The notes beneath the pieces were generated by a model. It was given only the letters and a program-made list of their open reading frames with translations. It ran no database searches and had not been told where the DNA came from. A program made the position numbers and the translations under genes. A stretch of 35,119 nucleotides of DNA from a virus. The stretch lies in the UHGV virus genome UHGV-0196339. One strand, 5' to 3'. The stretch's first letter is position 1; every line of letters begins with the position of its first letter. Below, piece by piece: positions 1-7,643 of this stretch.

Positions 1-9
1 GTGGTTGAA

Positions 10-477
10 TTATTGTTTAATGGCGTTTTCTATCCATGTCGCCAAATTGTTCTTGATATCGCTATAAGCGTCGTTAAAGTTAGGTTCATATACGAGTGGT
101 TTAATTACTCGATCGCCTCGCTTAAATGTAAATTGGTCGAAAGGATTCGGTCCTTTTGTCCCATAGCCGTTACGAGGGCATTTCAGTCGATGAATATAAA
201 TACCCACCACAGCCTTACCCTCTTTCCAGGCTCTTTCGATCTCATACTTGACCCATGGGCGATTAGCCGTTTGACTCCCGATCAGTACTACTAAGCAGGA
301 TTTGCCATTTAAGCTCTGATTAATCCAATTCTTCACGCCCTGCTCAGTTCGTTTAATTTGTTCCCAAGTATTTGGGCTGACCGGTTCATCCCCCTCCAGC
401 ACTCCCATGTTACGAATCTGCTGTACCCGCATAACATCGTTATCAAAGTGAAAGCTGTAAAATACCTTACGTTTCAT
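10..477 (-). CDS. thsB: Thoeris ThsB, TIR-domain protein
   Basis: 155 aa. N-terminal RKVFYSFHFDND, LVVLIGSQTANRPWVKYEI and KGPNPFD blocks match the ThsB TIR family. ATG lies 2 nt after the thsA stop, with an AGGAGG SD inside the thsA 3' end. AT-rich. Confidence 0.88.
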   Translation of the reverse strand: MKRKVFYSFHFDNDVMRVQQIRNMGVLEGDEPVSPNTWEQIKRTEQGVKNWINQSLNGKSCLVVLIGSQTANRPWVKYEIERAWKEGKAVVGIYIHRLKCPRNGYGTKGPNPFDQFTFKRGDRVIKPLVYEPNFNDAYSDIKNNLATWIENAIKQ

Positions 478-479
478 AT

Positions 480-1946
480 CTAACCTCCTAGTTTCTTTAA
501 AATTTCTAAAACTTTCATTTCGATATTTGCCCGATTAGCAGAGAGATCTGCAAGCTGAGCAACTTCCTTTTCCAACCAAGGGTACCGGACAAAATGTTTA
601 CTTGGATCCGTCAGCATCTCGTCAGCTAGTTCCTTGGCCATATAACCAGTGACGCCAAGTGGAAGCACGACAACCCCTGTTTCCTGAGCAATTTGAAACT
701 CCCTTCGGACCCCATCAGCATTAACGATTCGACCATCATGGAGTTTATTCCCAAAAAGGAATATAGCGATTCCAGAAAGACCAATCATACGCTGCCGATA
801 TTCGTCCCATAGCTCGCTCAGGGCTTTATCGTTTGATGAGTGTTGAGGGAATGGCCGCATGATAAGTTGCTCTTCTGAGTACTTATCAGGCTTAGAATAA
901 ATGGCTTCAAGAGCTCCGTTGATGACCGCACTACCAATACCCCATCCAAACCCATTGACAACTCGATAGCCATTCTTCACCAAAGATGACGAAAGTATGT
1001 GTACAAAGTTTAGTGCTTCCTGTTTGTCCCAAGCGCCATACTCTTCTGCACTACCAGATATAAATATGGTCTTCTTGAGGAAGCGACTCTCAATCTCTTT
1101 CAATATAAGTGGAATATCATCGTACTCGTTTACTAATACAGCCTGAATGCCAAAACGGAGCAAATCGCGAATATGATGTTCTTGCCTACGCTGCCTATAC
1201 ATAGCGCCAGCTTCATCTTCATTTCCTTGCGGCAGAGAGGGTTCCTTACGAAGAAAGCAGTAGTGTCTACGACGATGCTTCTCCGGAACATGCAATCGGC
1301 TCAATATGTAATCAAGATTAGGATCAGTAAAACTGAAGCCAATAAATAAGAATGTCTTAGAAATCAAATCTCCACTCAATGCTGTAACAAACCCCTCATG
1401 GGTCTTGTAGTACTGCTCATACTGAGCTTTATAAAGTATGGCGTCACCTGGCGAGCTAACATCACCATGCATTTTGTAAACAACAGCATCTCGTTTAGGA
1501 CGAGTGGAAATAAGATCATCGGTTCTGCGTTTAATATCTGCGACACGGTAGTTTTCTTTGAGACTATCTTCAATCAAAGTGTCATAGTTGGTTGTCCAAT
1601 AAGTTCTAATGGGTAGTCTAGCAAGGATTTTATGGGCTTCGGAAGGTTCCGCTTGCTCCGAGAATTCCTCTAGGATTTTTCTAGCTAAACCAGTTGAGCT
1701 GTTGTTCTTGTTGACATGGTATTGTGCAACCGAAATTAAGTCGTGCTCTAGCTCAACAGAAAGGCCTAATTCTTCAGCAATTTCACGCAGCAGTTCACTC
1801 CAATTAACGAAGCCGCTGGTTCTAGATAGGCCCGCACCAGCAAAAACGGCGGCAACCCCTTCTTCGAGATCCTTCACATAAGTCCTGATAAAAGCTTCAA
1901 CTTCAGCCGAAAACTGAACACTCATATTTTTAGACAATCCGGTCAA
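480..1946 (-). CDS. thsA: Thoeris ThsA, SIR2 (NADase) + SLOG domain protein
   Basis: 488 aa. SIR2 motifs FAGAGLS, TTNYD, YKMHGD, FIGFSFTDPNLDYILSR. C-terminal SLOG-like region (FISGSAEEYG, GFGWGIGS). Operon partner of thsB. Confidence 0.9.
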   Translation of the reverse strand: MTGLSKNMSVQFSAEVEAFIRTYVKDLEEGVAAVFAGAGLSRTSGFVNWSELLREIAEELGLSVELEHDLISVAQYHVNKNNSSTGLARKILEEFSEQAEPSEAHKILARLPIRTYWTTNYDTLIEDSLKENYRVADIKRRTDDLISTRPKRDAVVYKMHGDVSSPGDAILYKAQYEQYYKTHEGFVTALSGDLISKTFLFIGFSFTDPNLDYILSRLHVPEKHRRRHYCFLRKEPSLPQGNEDEAGAMYRQRRQEHHIRDLLRFGIQAVLVNEYDDIPLILKEIESRFLKKTIFISGSAEEYGAWDKQEALNFVHILSSSLVKNGYRVVNGFGWGIGSAVINGALEAIYSKPDKYSEEQLIMRPFPQHSSNDKALSELWDEYRQRMIGLSGIAIFLFGNKLHDGRIVNADGVRREFQIAQETGVVVLPLGVTGYMAKELADEMLTDPSKHFVRYPWLEKEVAQLADLSANRANIEMKVLEILKKLGG

Positions 1947-2338
1947 AAGATAGACATAAACTTCTTACCACAAACTAACCTTTGTAGTTCTATACACCGC
2001 TTTTACGCTGTGCTTTAGTATCCAAATGGATTCATTACTACTGGGGTCAGTACCTATTGAGTAAGTAGGTAGAAAGCCATTACTAGCTCCAATACTCGCT
2101 AAGTATATGAGGCAATTAGGTGGTATTTTCAAGTTCACCGAGCCTGATACAGGGCCATAGGAATAAATAGTCACATTTTCGTAGCTCTTTTCCACTATTG
2201 GTAGTTAAATAATTACTTTCACTTTATCGCTCAAAGCGTACTCTCAGGTTTATTGCTTTTTAGTTACATAAACCGTCAGTTAGAGTTTGTACCTGTACAA
2301 CCTAGAATAACGGTAGCAACACGTTTGGGGAGGTCGCA

Positions 2339-2599
2339 ATGTTCCGTTGTCCACTTTGTGGTGCATCTGCCCGTATCCGCACCAGTCGTCCGGAAAATGA
2401 TTCAAACACTGTACGACAAAAGTATTACCAGTGTAATAACTTAGAATGCGGCGTATGCTTCTCAACACTGGAAGCTTTTCATAAGTTCACATCAAAACAC
2501 ACCTCCTGCGTTCACTCTTCAGGGGATATTCCGTGGCATGAGCTGCCAGCTTCACACAAGGGAAACAATCAGATGAGTTTGCCTTTACCTCAGAATTAA
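2339..2599 (+). CDS. ogr: Ogr/Delta-type zinc-finger late-gene transcription activator
   Basis: 86 aa, MFRCPLCG...ARIRTSR...YYQCNNLECG: C2C2 zinc-finger pattern as in P2 Ogr. GGAGG SD upstream. Confidence 0.9.
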   Translation: MFRCPLCGASARIRTSRPENDSNTVRQKYYQCNNLECGVCFSTLEAFHKFTSKHTSCVHSSGDIPWHELPASHKGNNQMSLPLPQN

Positions 2600-2687
2600 C
2601 AAGCAGAATTGCCGGAGTAGCAAAAAAGCGATAGATTACGCGCGGGTGCCTTTCGGCTGATGGTCGGAGGGAATACCCGAAGGCCAG

Positions 2688-2924
2688 ATGTGGAAAGGCC
2701 CCGGAAAAACATCTCTGTTTAACCGAGGCCCTAACCGCATTACCTTGACAAGTGAAAGGTTAGCGCCTCTCCGGAAAAGGAGCAAGTGCTATGTCGCAAA
2801 AATCGCTTACGGCCATCACGTTCTGCGTGACGGCAATCCTCATCATCTGGATGCTGCACGGTTCGCTGTGCGAAATACGGATGAGCTTCTGGGGAGCGGA
2901 GTTTGCGGCGTTCTTACAGTGTAA
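2688..2924 (+). CDS. mok-like overlapping reading frame (modulator of killing) of the hok locus
   Basis: 78-aa ORF starting upstream of hok and overlapping it in another frame, the arrangement known for hok/mok/sok loci. No independent sequence support. Confidence 0.3.
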   Translation: MWKGPGKTSLFNRGPNRITLTSERLAPLRKRSKCYVAKIAYGHHVLRDGNPHHLDAARFAVRNTDELLGSGVCGVLTV

Positions 2925-2931
2925 GCAGTAA
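2791..2931 (+). CDS. hok: Hok/Gef-family type I toxin (small membrane peptide)
   Basis: 46 aa, MSQKSLTAITFCVTAILIIWMLHGSLCEIRMSFWGAEFAAFLQCKQ: N-terminal TM helix, then SLCEIR and E-x-AAF motifs as in Hok/Gef. AAAAGGAG SD at 2775-2782. Too short for the ORF track. Confidence 0.7.
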   Translation: MSQKSLTAITFCVTAILIIWMLHGSLCEIRMSFWGAEFAAFLQCKQ

Positions 2932-3020
2932 GGAAACCGCGACGGGGGAGCAATCCCCCGTCAATCGGTTGCCAAGGTAAGGTCGATAAGGCACCCTATC
3001 TCATAGAGATGAATAACAAA

Positions 3021-3052
3021 CCCGCAGCGTAAAAACTGCGGGGTTTCTTTTT
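3021..3052 (+). terminator. Rho-independent terminator of the hok transcript
   Basis: Hairpin CCCGCAG-cgtaaaaa-CTGCGGG followed by TTTCTTTTT. Confidence 0.5.
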
Positions 3053-3120
3053 GGAACTCTCACTAGCTAGTGTACCGTTAGCGGCACATAATGCTCGCAC
3101 AACAAACCAGTTAAAAGAGA

Positions 3121-3516
3121 TTACTCAGCATTCTCCTGCTTCCATTGCCGGATCATTTCATCGGTAACATCACTCTCATAACATACCACGTCATACCCTC
3201 CAGTACGGCTATATGCACTGCGTCCACCACATCTACTACCATTCCTTGCATGATTATAAGGACACGCACAATTGCCTGGATAAGATTCAATGGATTCTTT
3301 AATTATTTCTTTCTTGATCTGAGCATCTGACTTTCCTTTTGCTGCATACCCACTAAAAGATACCAAACAAAGGCAGATTGCCATTAATAAACCACATCGC
3401 ATACCGATACGCCCTATTACTAACCAATCATAGCCCACATCATAAAATCGAGATGAGGAGTACAACACCTTTAACAAGAAGGTGCCATCACGATAATATG
3501 TCGTGCAATTCATCAA
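3121..3516 (-). CDS. Hypothetical Cys-rich secreted or membrane-anchored protein (att-proximal cargo)
   Basis: 131-aa ORF. Internal Met at 3402 is followed by a signal-peptide-like segment MRCGLLMAICLCLVSFSGYAA and a Cys-rich domain (GNCACPY...RCGG...VVCY). The true start may be 3402, which has a better SD. AT-rich. Confidence 0.5.
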   Translation of the reverse strand: MMNCTTYYRDGTFLLKVLYSSSRFYDVGYDWLVIGRIGMRCGLLMAICLCLVSFSGYAAKGKSDAQIKKEIIKESIESYPGNCACPYNHARNGSRCGGRSAYSRTGGYDVVCYESDVTDEMIRQWKQENAE

Positions 3517-3870
3517 AAAAAAGATCTATATCAAAGAGATAGAGTTATTATCAGTGCTGCAGACATCAGCATTCGAGGCAGCAGAAAAACAGTTAATCTA
3601 ACGAATTTGTATTTTCTCAGGATGTTGATTAAAAAAGATAGATTAGCGCAGACACCTTTTGGCGGGTGGTAGGAGGAAAAATGAAGTTGAGTGGGAAGAT
3701 CCCAGAAAAAATTTTGATTTAACCAAGGCCCTAGTTCAACATGCGAAATACAGATTAGTTGCAGGAGAGTTCTGCTTCACGCTTAGAGCTTCAACAGACG
3801 TGCACTATCATTGTTTCTGCATATCGCCACATCATCGCCACTTTACCGCCATTGCACAAAATACAAATAC

Positions 3871-3895
3871 AAAAAAACCACCCGAAGGTGGTTTC
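3871..3895 (-). terminator. Intrinsic terminator (minus strand) downstream of int and the att core
   Basis: Hairpin CCACC-ttcg-GGTGG followed by a 7-T run on the minus strand. Confidence 0.4.
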
Positions 3896-3937
3896 ACGAC
3901 ACTGCTTATTGCTTTGATTTTATTCTTATCTTTCCCA

Positions 3938-3992
3938 TGGTACCCGGAGCGGGACTTGAACCCGCACAGCGCGAACGCCGAGGGATTTTAAA
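3938..3992 (-). other. Phage attachment core: 3'-terminal ~55 nt of a tRNA-Leu(UAA) gene (anticodon loop to CCA), not a complete tRNA
   Basis: Minus-strand sequence TTTAAAATCCCTCGGCGTTCGCGCTGTGCGGGTTCAAGTCCCGCTCCGGGTACCA matches the 3' part of enterobacterial tRNA-Leu (leuZ-like, recalled from memory). The 5' half (D-arm, acceptor 5' strand) is absent. Confidence 0.7.
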
Positions 3993-4098
3993 AACTATCA
4001 ACCACCATTTATATATCATAAAGTTATGATTTTATTAACTTTGCAAATGACTCTATACGACGCCATTTGAATCTATTGTCACTTTTTATCGCCACTTT

Positions 4099-5100
4099 TT
4101 ACCCTCTATTATCAAAAGGATTCAATTCAACAGCAGCCTCTAAATGACCTGGAGCAAAATGCGCATAACGCATAGTCATTTTTATATCGCTATGCCCCAG
4201 TATTTTTTGCAACACAAGAATATTTCCGCCCCGCATCATAAAATGACTGGCAAACGTGTGACGTAGCACATGAGTTAATTGCCCATCAGGAAGCTCGATC
4301 TTCGCTCTCTTAATTGCAGCGTCAAAAGCCTCATAACATGGTGAAAATAGCGCTCCTCGTTTTTTAGGAAGCATAGCCTGCAATTGAGGTGAAATAGGTA
4401 CAGTGCGGTTCTTCTTTCCTTTAGTTTTAACAAATGTGATTCGACCGGGCAGTACTTGAGATTGCTTTAATCCTTCTGCTTCACTCCACCGAGCACCAGT
4501 CGCAAGCCCAATACGGACAACAACCCCCAAATCTTTATTCCGTGACTCATCACACGAAATCAGAAGGCGTTCAATCTCATCTACATACAGAAACGCCAGT
4601 TCCTTTTCTTCCTCACGAAACTTGCGAATACCAGTCAGAGGGTTTTCACCAGACCACTCCCCAAGGCGCTTCAGTTCGGCAAAAACAGCATGTAGATATG
4701 ACTGCTCGCGATTAACGGTTGCTTCACTAAGTTTTTTCTTCCCCTTGGGATTCCATTCTCCTGATAGCCTTCTTTCCCGATAAGTAGCAAACATATTTTT
4801 GTCAAACTGAGAAGCAAATGGATCTCCCAGCCTAGAACAAATCGCCTCAAGTTTGACTTTGCGCTCTGCACCAGAGGACAAGGTTTTACCGTACATCTCA
4901 AACCAACGAGCAATCAACTCAGAAAGACGAGGACCAGAACCATCTTGAAACTCGTCTCCAACTCTACTATTCATTAAACGGCGCTCATAAGAGAGCGCCT
5001 CACTTTTTGTCGCAAACTGTTTACGAATGCGTTTTCCCGATGCCCCGTAGGGATAACATTCGCAAAGCCATTTACCTGATGGAATCTTACGAACCGACAT
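4099..5100 (-). CDS. int: Tyrosine recombinase / phage integrase
   Basis: 333 aa. C-terminal catalytic region with HVLRHTFAS, GHSDIKMTMRYAH (R-H-R-Y family). Adjacent to the tRNA-derived att core. Confidence 0.95.
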   Translation of the reverse strand: MSVRKIPSGKWLCECYPYGASGKRIRKQFATKSEALSYERRLMNSRVGDEFQDGSGPRLSELIARWFEMYGKTLSSGAERKVKLEAICSRLGDPFASQFDKNMFATYRERRLSGEWNPKGKKKLSEATVNREQSYLHAVFAELKRLGEWSGENPLTGIRKFREEEKELAFLYVDEIERLLISCDESRNKDLGVVVRIGLATGARWSEAEGLKQSQVLPGRITFVKTKGKKNRTVPISPQLQAMLPKKRGALFSPCYEAFDAAIKRAKIELPDGQLTHVLRHTFASHFMMRGGNILVLQKILGHSDIKMTMRYAHFAPGHLEAAVELNPFDNRG

Positions 5101-5105
5101 TTTAG

Positions 5106-5453
5106 TTACTTATCACATAAATCAAATGCAGCCTTAGTGACATCCCCCAGATTCTTTTTTAACCCTGGGGCGGCATCATTATCTAGCCAAAATGGATTAT
5201 TGTTATCTAACGGTAACGCACCAAATGTTTTACCTTTTATTCGAGCCAAACCTGTAAGCGCATATAACTTATTATCGTCAAAATTCATCACATAAGGATT
5301 ACCATCAAGACACTGTAATTGAACCTCATCAGTATTAAATGGCCATACCCCATTGAAACTCTCACGTTCAATAGTTTTAAAAGGCATTGCGACGGCAGAA
5401 AAAGAAAACATAAATAAAAAAGTAACTAATAGTTGAATCTTTTTTACTTTCAT
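5106..5453 (-). CDS. Hypothetical secreted (signal-peptide) protein, lysogeny-operon cargo
   Basis: 115 aa. N-terminal MKVKKIQLLVTFLFMFSFSAVA signal peptide, two Cys in the mature part. GAGGT SD. 5-nt gap to int, AT-rich. Confidence 0.6.
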   Translation of the reverse strand: MKVKKIQLLVTFLFMFSFSAVAMPFKTIERESFNGVWPFNTDEVQLQCLDGNPYVMNFDDNKLYALTGLARIKGKTFGALPLDNNNPFWLDNDAAPGLKKNLGDVTKAAFDLCDK

Positions 5454-5482
5454 ATCATTACCTCAATTTAGCTCAAGTAAGA

Positions 5483-6133
5483 TTACAAATTAAAAAACAT
5501 CCTAGAAATGGCACCGCCTACCAAAACCCCTACGCAGATAAAGAATATTATTTCTTTTGGATAAAGTCGGATTAATTCTGAAGCACGAAGTCGGACTTCT
5601 GGTAAGGTCGAATTCTCTGTGTTGCTTGATACCGATTGTTGCTCTAACCACGACAATGCAGACTGTAACTGAGAACGAGTAAGATCGTTTAAACGTCCTG
5701 TACCGAAATTGATATGGCAATACCGCAGAAGTTTTTGTCGAAGTCCACAGTCTTCACTGTTACGTAGTAATAAACTTACAAGAGTCTTACAGGCATCATG
5801 ATCTTTACATCGCTCAAGCATTGCATGCAGAAAACTCTCCGCTGTTTTATATTGATTTACTGTCATATCATCAATACCAGCTACACCAATCTCCGCATGT
5901 ACTTTTTGCCAAATAATAAACGCTTCAGTATTGCTAGCTTCTGCAATAGCAGCAACCAAGCTATTTAGCTCCTTACGCTGAGCCTTAAGCAAAGGGCGAT
6001 CGTCATCATCATTATTCGAAGGGATTGCGATATTGACGATATGAGAACCATCATATCGATCTATCTGAATATTCTTTTCGTGAAAATCACGCCCAGCAAC
6101 GCGATTGTTTGAACCGTTTGAGTTGACGGCCAT
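5483..6133 (-). CDS. Hypothetical tail-anchored membrane protein, lysogeny-operon cargo
   Basis: 216 aa. C-terminal hydrophobic helix IIFFICVGVLVGGAISRMFF. N-terminus SNNRVAGRDFHE repeats the repressor C-terminal motif. GGGAGG SD, 15-nt gap to the repressor stop. Confidence 0.6.
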   Translation of the reverse strand: MAVNSNGSNNRVAGRDFHEKNIQIDRYDGSHIVNIAIPSNNDDDDRPLLKAQRKELNSLVAAIAEASNTEAFIIWQKVHAEIGVAGIDDMTVNQYKTAESFLHAMLERCKDHDACKTLVSLLLRNSEDCGLRQKLLRYCHINFGTGRLNDLTRSQLQSALSWLEQQSVSSNTENSTLPEVRLRASELIRLYPKEIIFFICVGVLVGGAISRMFFNL

Positions 6134-6148
6134 GTCACCTCCCTACTA

Positions 6149-6553
6149 TCACCTACCCTTAGTTTCGTTATAGTCACGACCAGCGATACGGTTATTACCA
6201 CCAGAAATATTTAACTCACGTCCTGATGGCTGAGTTTCCTTTTCACTGACCGCACCTTTTAAAGCCCCGATCACCGCGTTTTTCACATCTAACGAAGCTG
6301 CTCGAAAGCGAGTAATCAACTCCTGCTCATCATCGTTATAAGTTTCAGGTGAGTGAATTCCCAACACAACATACTGAACATCAAGGCCAAAACGAGACAG
6401 CGCTGCCAAATACGCAGCATCAGGAAAGCTATCTCCTTTCTCATATCTAAGCTGAGTTAGCTTTTTGACTCCACCAATGTCGCTCATAGCAACTTGACTA
6501 AGCCCCAATCTTTCCCTTTCCTCACGCAACCGCTGACCAATATCATTTTTCAT
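6149..6553 (-). CDS. XRE-family HTH repressor (cI-like immunity repressor)
   Basis: 134 aa. N-terminal HTH (LGLSQVAMSDIGGVKKLTQLRYEKG). Divergent from the early operon. First gene of the repressor-cargo-int operon. Confidence 0.75.
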   Translation of the reverse strand: MKNDIGQRLREERERLGLSQVAMSDIGGVKKLTQLRYEKGDSFPDAAYLAALSRFGLDVQYVVLGIHSPETYNDDEQELITRFRAASLDVKNAVIGALKGAVSEKETQPSGRELNISGGNNRIAGRDYNETKGR

Positions 6554-6628
6554 ACAAAAACCTTGACAAGTATCTTTTTTGATACCAAAATAATTTCACG
6601 AGCTATTAGATGATCACAATATACCACT
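6554..6628. promoter_or_regulatory. Divergent early/repressor promoter-operator region
   Basis: 75-nt intergenic region between divergent genes. TTGACA at 6564-6569. Palindrome GTATC-tttttt-GATAC at 6571-6586 is a candidate operator. Confidence 0.4.
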
Positions 6629-6835
6629 ATGAAACAAGTTCTTCACGATACCAGATCACGCATTCCGCGTAACACCGCCACAGGTCCAAGACTGGCACTT
6701 CGGCTGTCCCTCGAGGAGCGAGCCGTCATTGATGAAATGGCAGCTAAAGAGCAACGCTCATCCTCTAACATGGCGCGCATGATCTTCCTTCGCGGCCTAG
6801 AGCTAACCCAGAAAGAACAAAACAAATCTTCCTGA
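6629..6835 (+). CDS. Small ribbon-helix-helix-like early regulator (Cox/Cro-position protein)
   Basis: 68 aa. LALRLSLEERAVIDEMAAKEQRSSSNMARMIFLRGLE resembles an RHH beta-alpha-alpha fold. First ORF of the rightward early operon. No clear SD. Confidence 0.45.
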   Translation: MKQVLHDTRSRIPRNTATGPRLALRLSLEERAVIDEMAAKEQRSSSNMARMIFLRGLELTQKEQNKSS

Positions 6836-6851
6836 TCAGGAGGCTAGTGGG

Positions 6852-7084
6852 ATGTCAGGTATAACCATCAATATCAATGTGAATGCCCCCTATGTATCCC
6901 TGCAGAAATATGCAGAGATAACAGGTATCCCTCCGAGGTCGACGAACGCCTGATTACCACTATCGACAAACATCGTTCGGAAAAGGATGCACACCACATC
7001 TACCTCACTGACGGCACTTACTTCTGCGCCACCAACGTGGCGCGAGTAAATCTTATCCGACAGGTACAGGAGCCACGCAGATGA
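6852..7084 (+). pseudogene. Frame-disrupted HTH/excisionase-like early gene (frameshift near 6930-6945)
   Basis: ATG at 6852 gives MSGITININVNAPYVSLQKYAEITGIPPRS then stop at 6951. The +2 frame continues open as DERLITTIDKHRSEKDAHHIYLTDGTYFCATNV... to a TGA overlapping the next ATG at 7081, with no in-frame start of its own. Confidence 0.35.
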
Positions 7085-7347
7085 CCATTCTGGACTACAT
7101 CGCTACTCATCCGGGGTGTAGCGGCGGAGAGATCGCCGCAGCACTGAATACCCCAACCACAGCCATTAATGCTGAGTTACGCCGACTTTGGCGCGGCGGC
7201 TTAGTCATCAGAACAAACCGCAGCACAGGTGGTCGCGCTCGCAAAACAGGAGGCCAAGCTTCTTACCACGTAAACCCGATGCCGTTCGGGTGTAGCAATC
7301 CACTTACTCACATGTTTAACCAGCTACTGAAGGAAGCCAGAGCATGA
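7081..7347 (+). CDS. Small winged-helix-like DNA-binding protein (early operon)
   Basis: 88 aa, AGGAG SD. ILDYIATHPGCSGGEIAAALNTPTTAINAELRRLWRGGLV resembles a wHTH. Confidence 0.55.
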   Translation: MTILDYIATHPGCSGGEIAAALNTPTTAINAELRRLWRGGLVIRTNRSTGGRARKTGGQASYHVNPMPFGCSNPLTHMFNQLLKEARA

Positions 7348-7643
7348 GCACCATCAACCACCAGAAGCTACGCGAACTGGCATTTGCCCTGCAACGAATG
7401 GCAACGCCTCAAAAATTACTGGCATTTCGCGCAATGCTCTCGCCGTCTGCTGTGCTGGCACTGCTGGATGAGCTGGAGCACGCCAGAACCACGGCTCCTG
7501 CCATTCGCCTGACGCTCCATCATGAAATCGCTGATTTCTGCGCGACGTTGGAGGCGCCGGGCGAACCGGAAACGCCGGAAGCAATACAGCAAGAGCTGCT
7601 GCAACGCATTGACAAGGTTTTTGATTTTTTTCTGAACCAGTAA
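7344..7643 (+). CDS. Hypothetical early protein
   Basis: 99 aa, AAGGAAG SD, ATGA overlap with the preceding gene. Confidence 0.5.
   Translation: MSTINHQKLRELAFALQRMATPQKLLAFRAMLSPSAVLALLDELEHARTTAPAIRLTLHHEIADFCATLEAPGEPETPEAIQQELLQRIDKVFDFFLNQ

Noticed and set aside
1-294. 97-aa plus-strand ORF at the window start
   Set aside because: Antisense to thsB, which has strong TIR-family motifs; no RBS. Treated as a shadow ORF.
3938-4010. Possible complete tRNA-Leu gene
   Set aside because: Only the 3' 55 nt match tRNA-Leu; the upstream sequence does not form the D-arm or the acceptor 5' strand, so this is an att core fragment.
3659-4029. 110-aa and 72-aa plus-strand ORFs overlapping the att core
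   Set aside because: They read through the terminator hairpin and the tRNA-derived core on the opposite strand; no RBS. Interpreted as non-coding.
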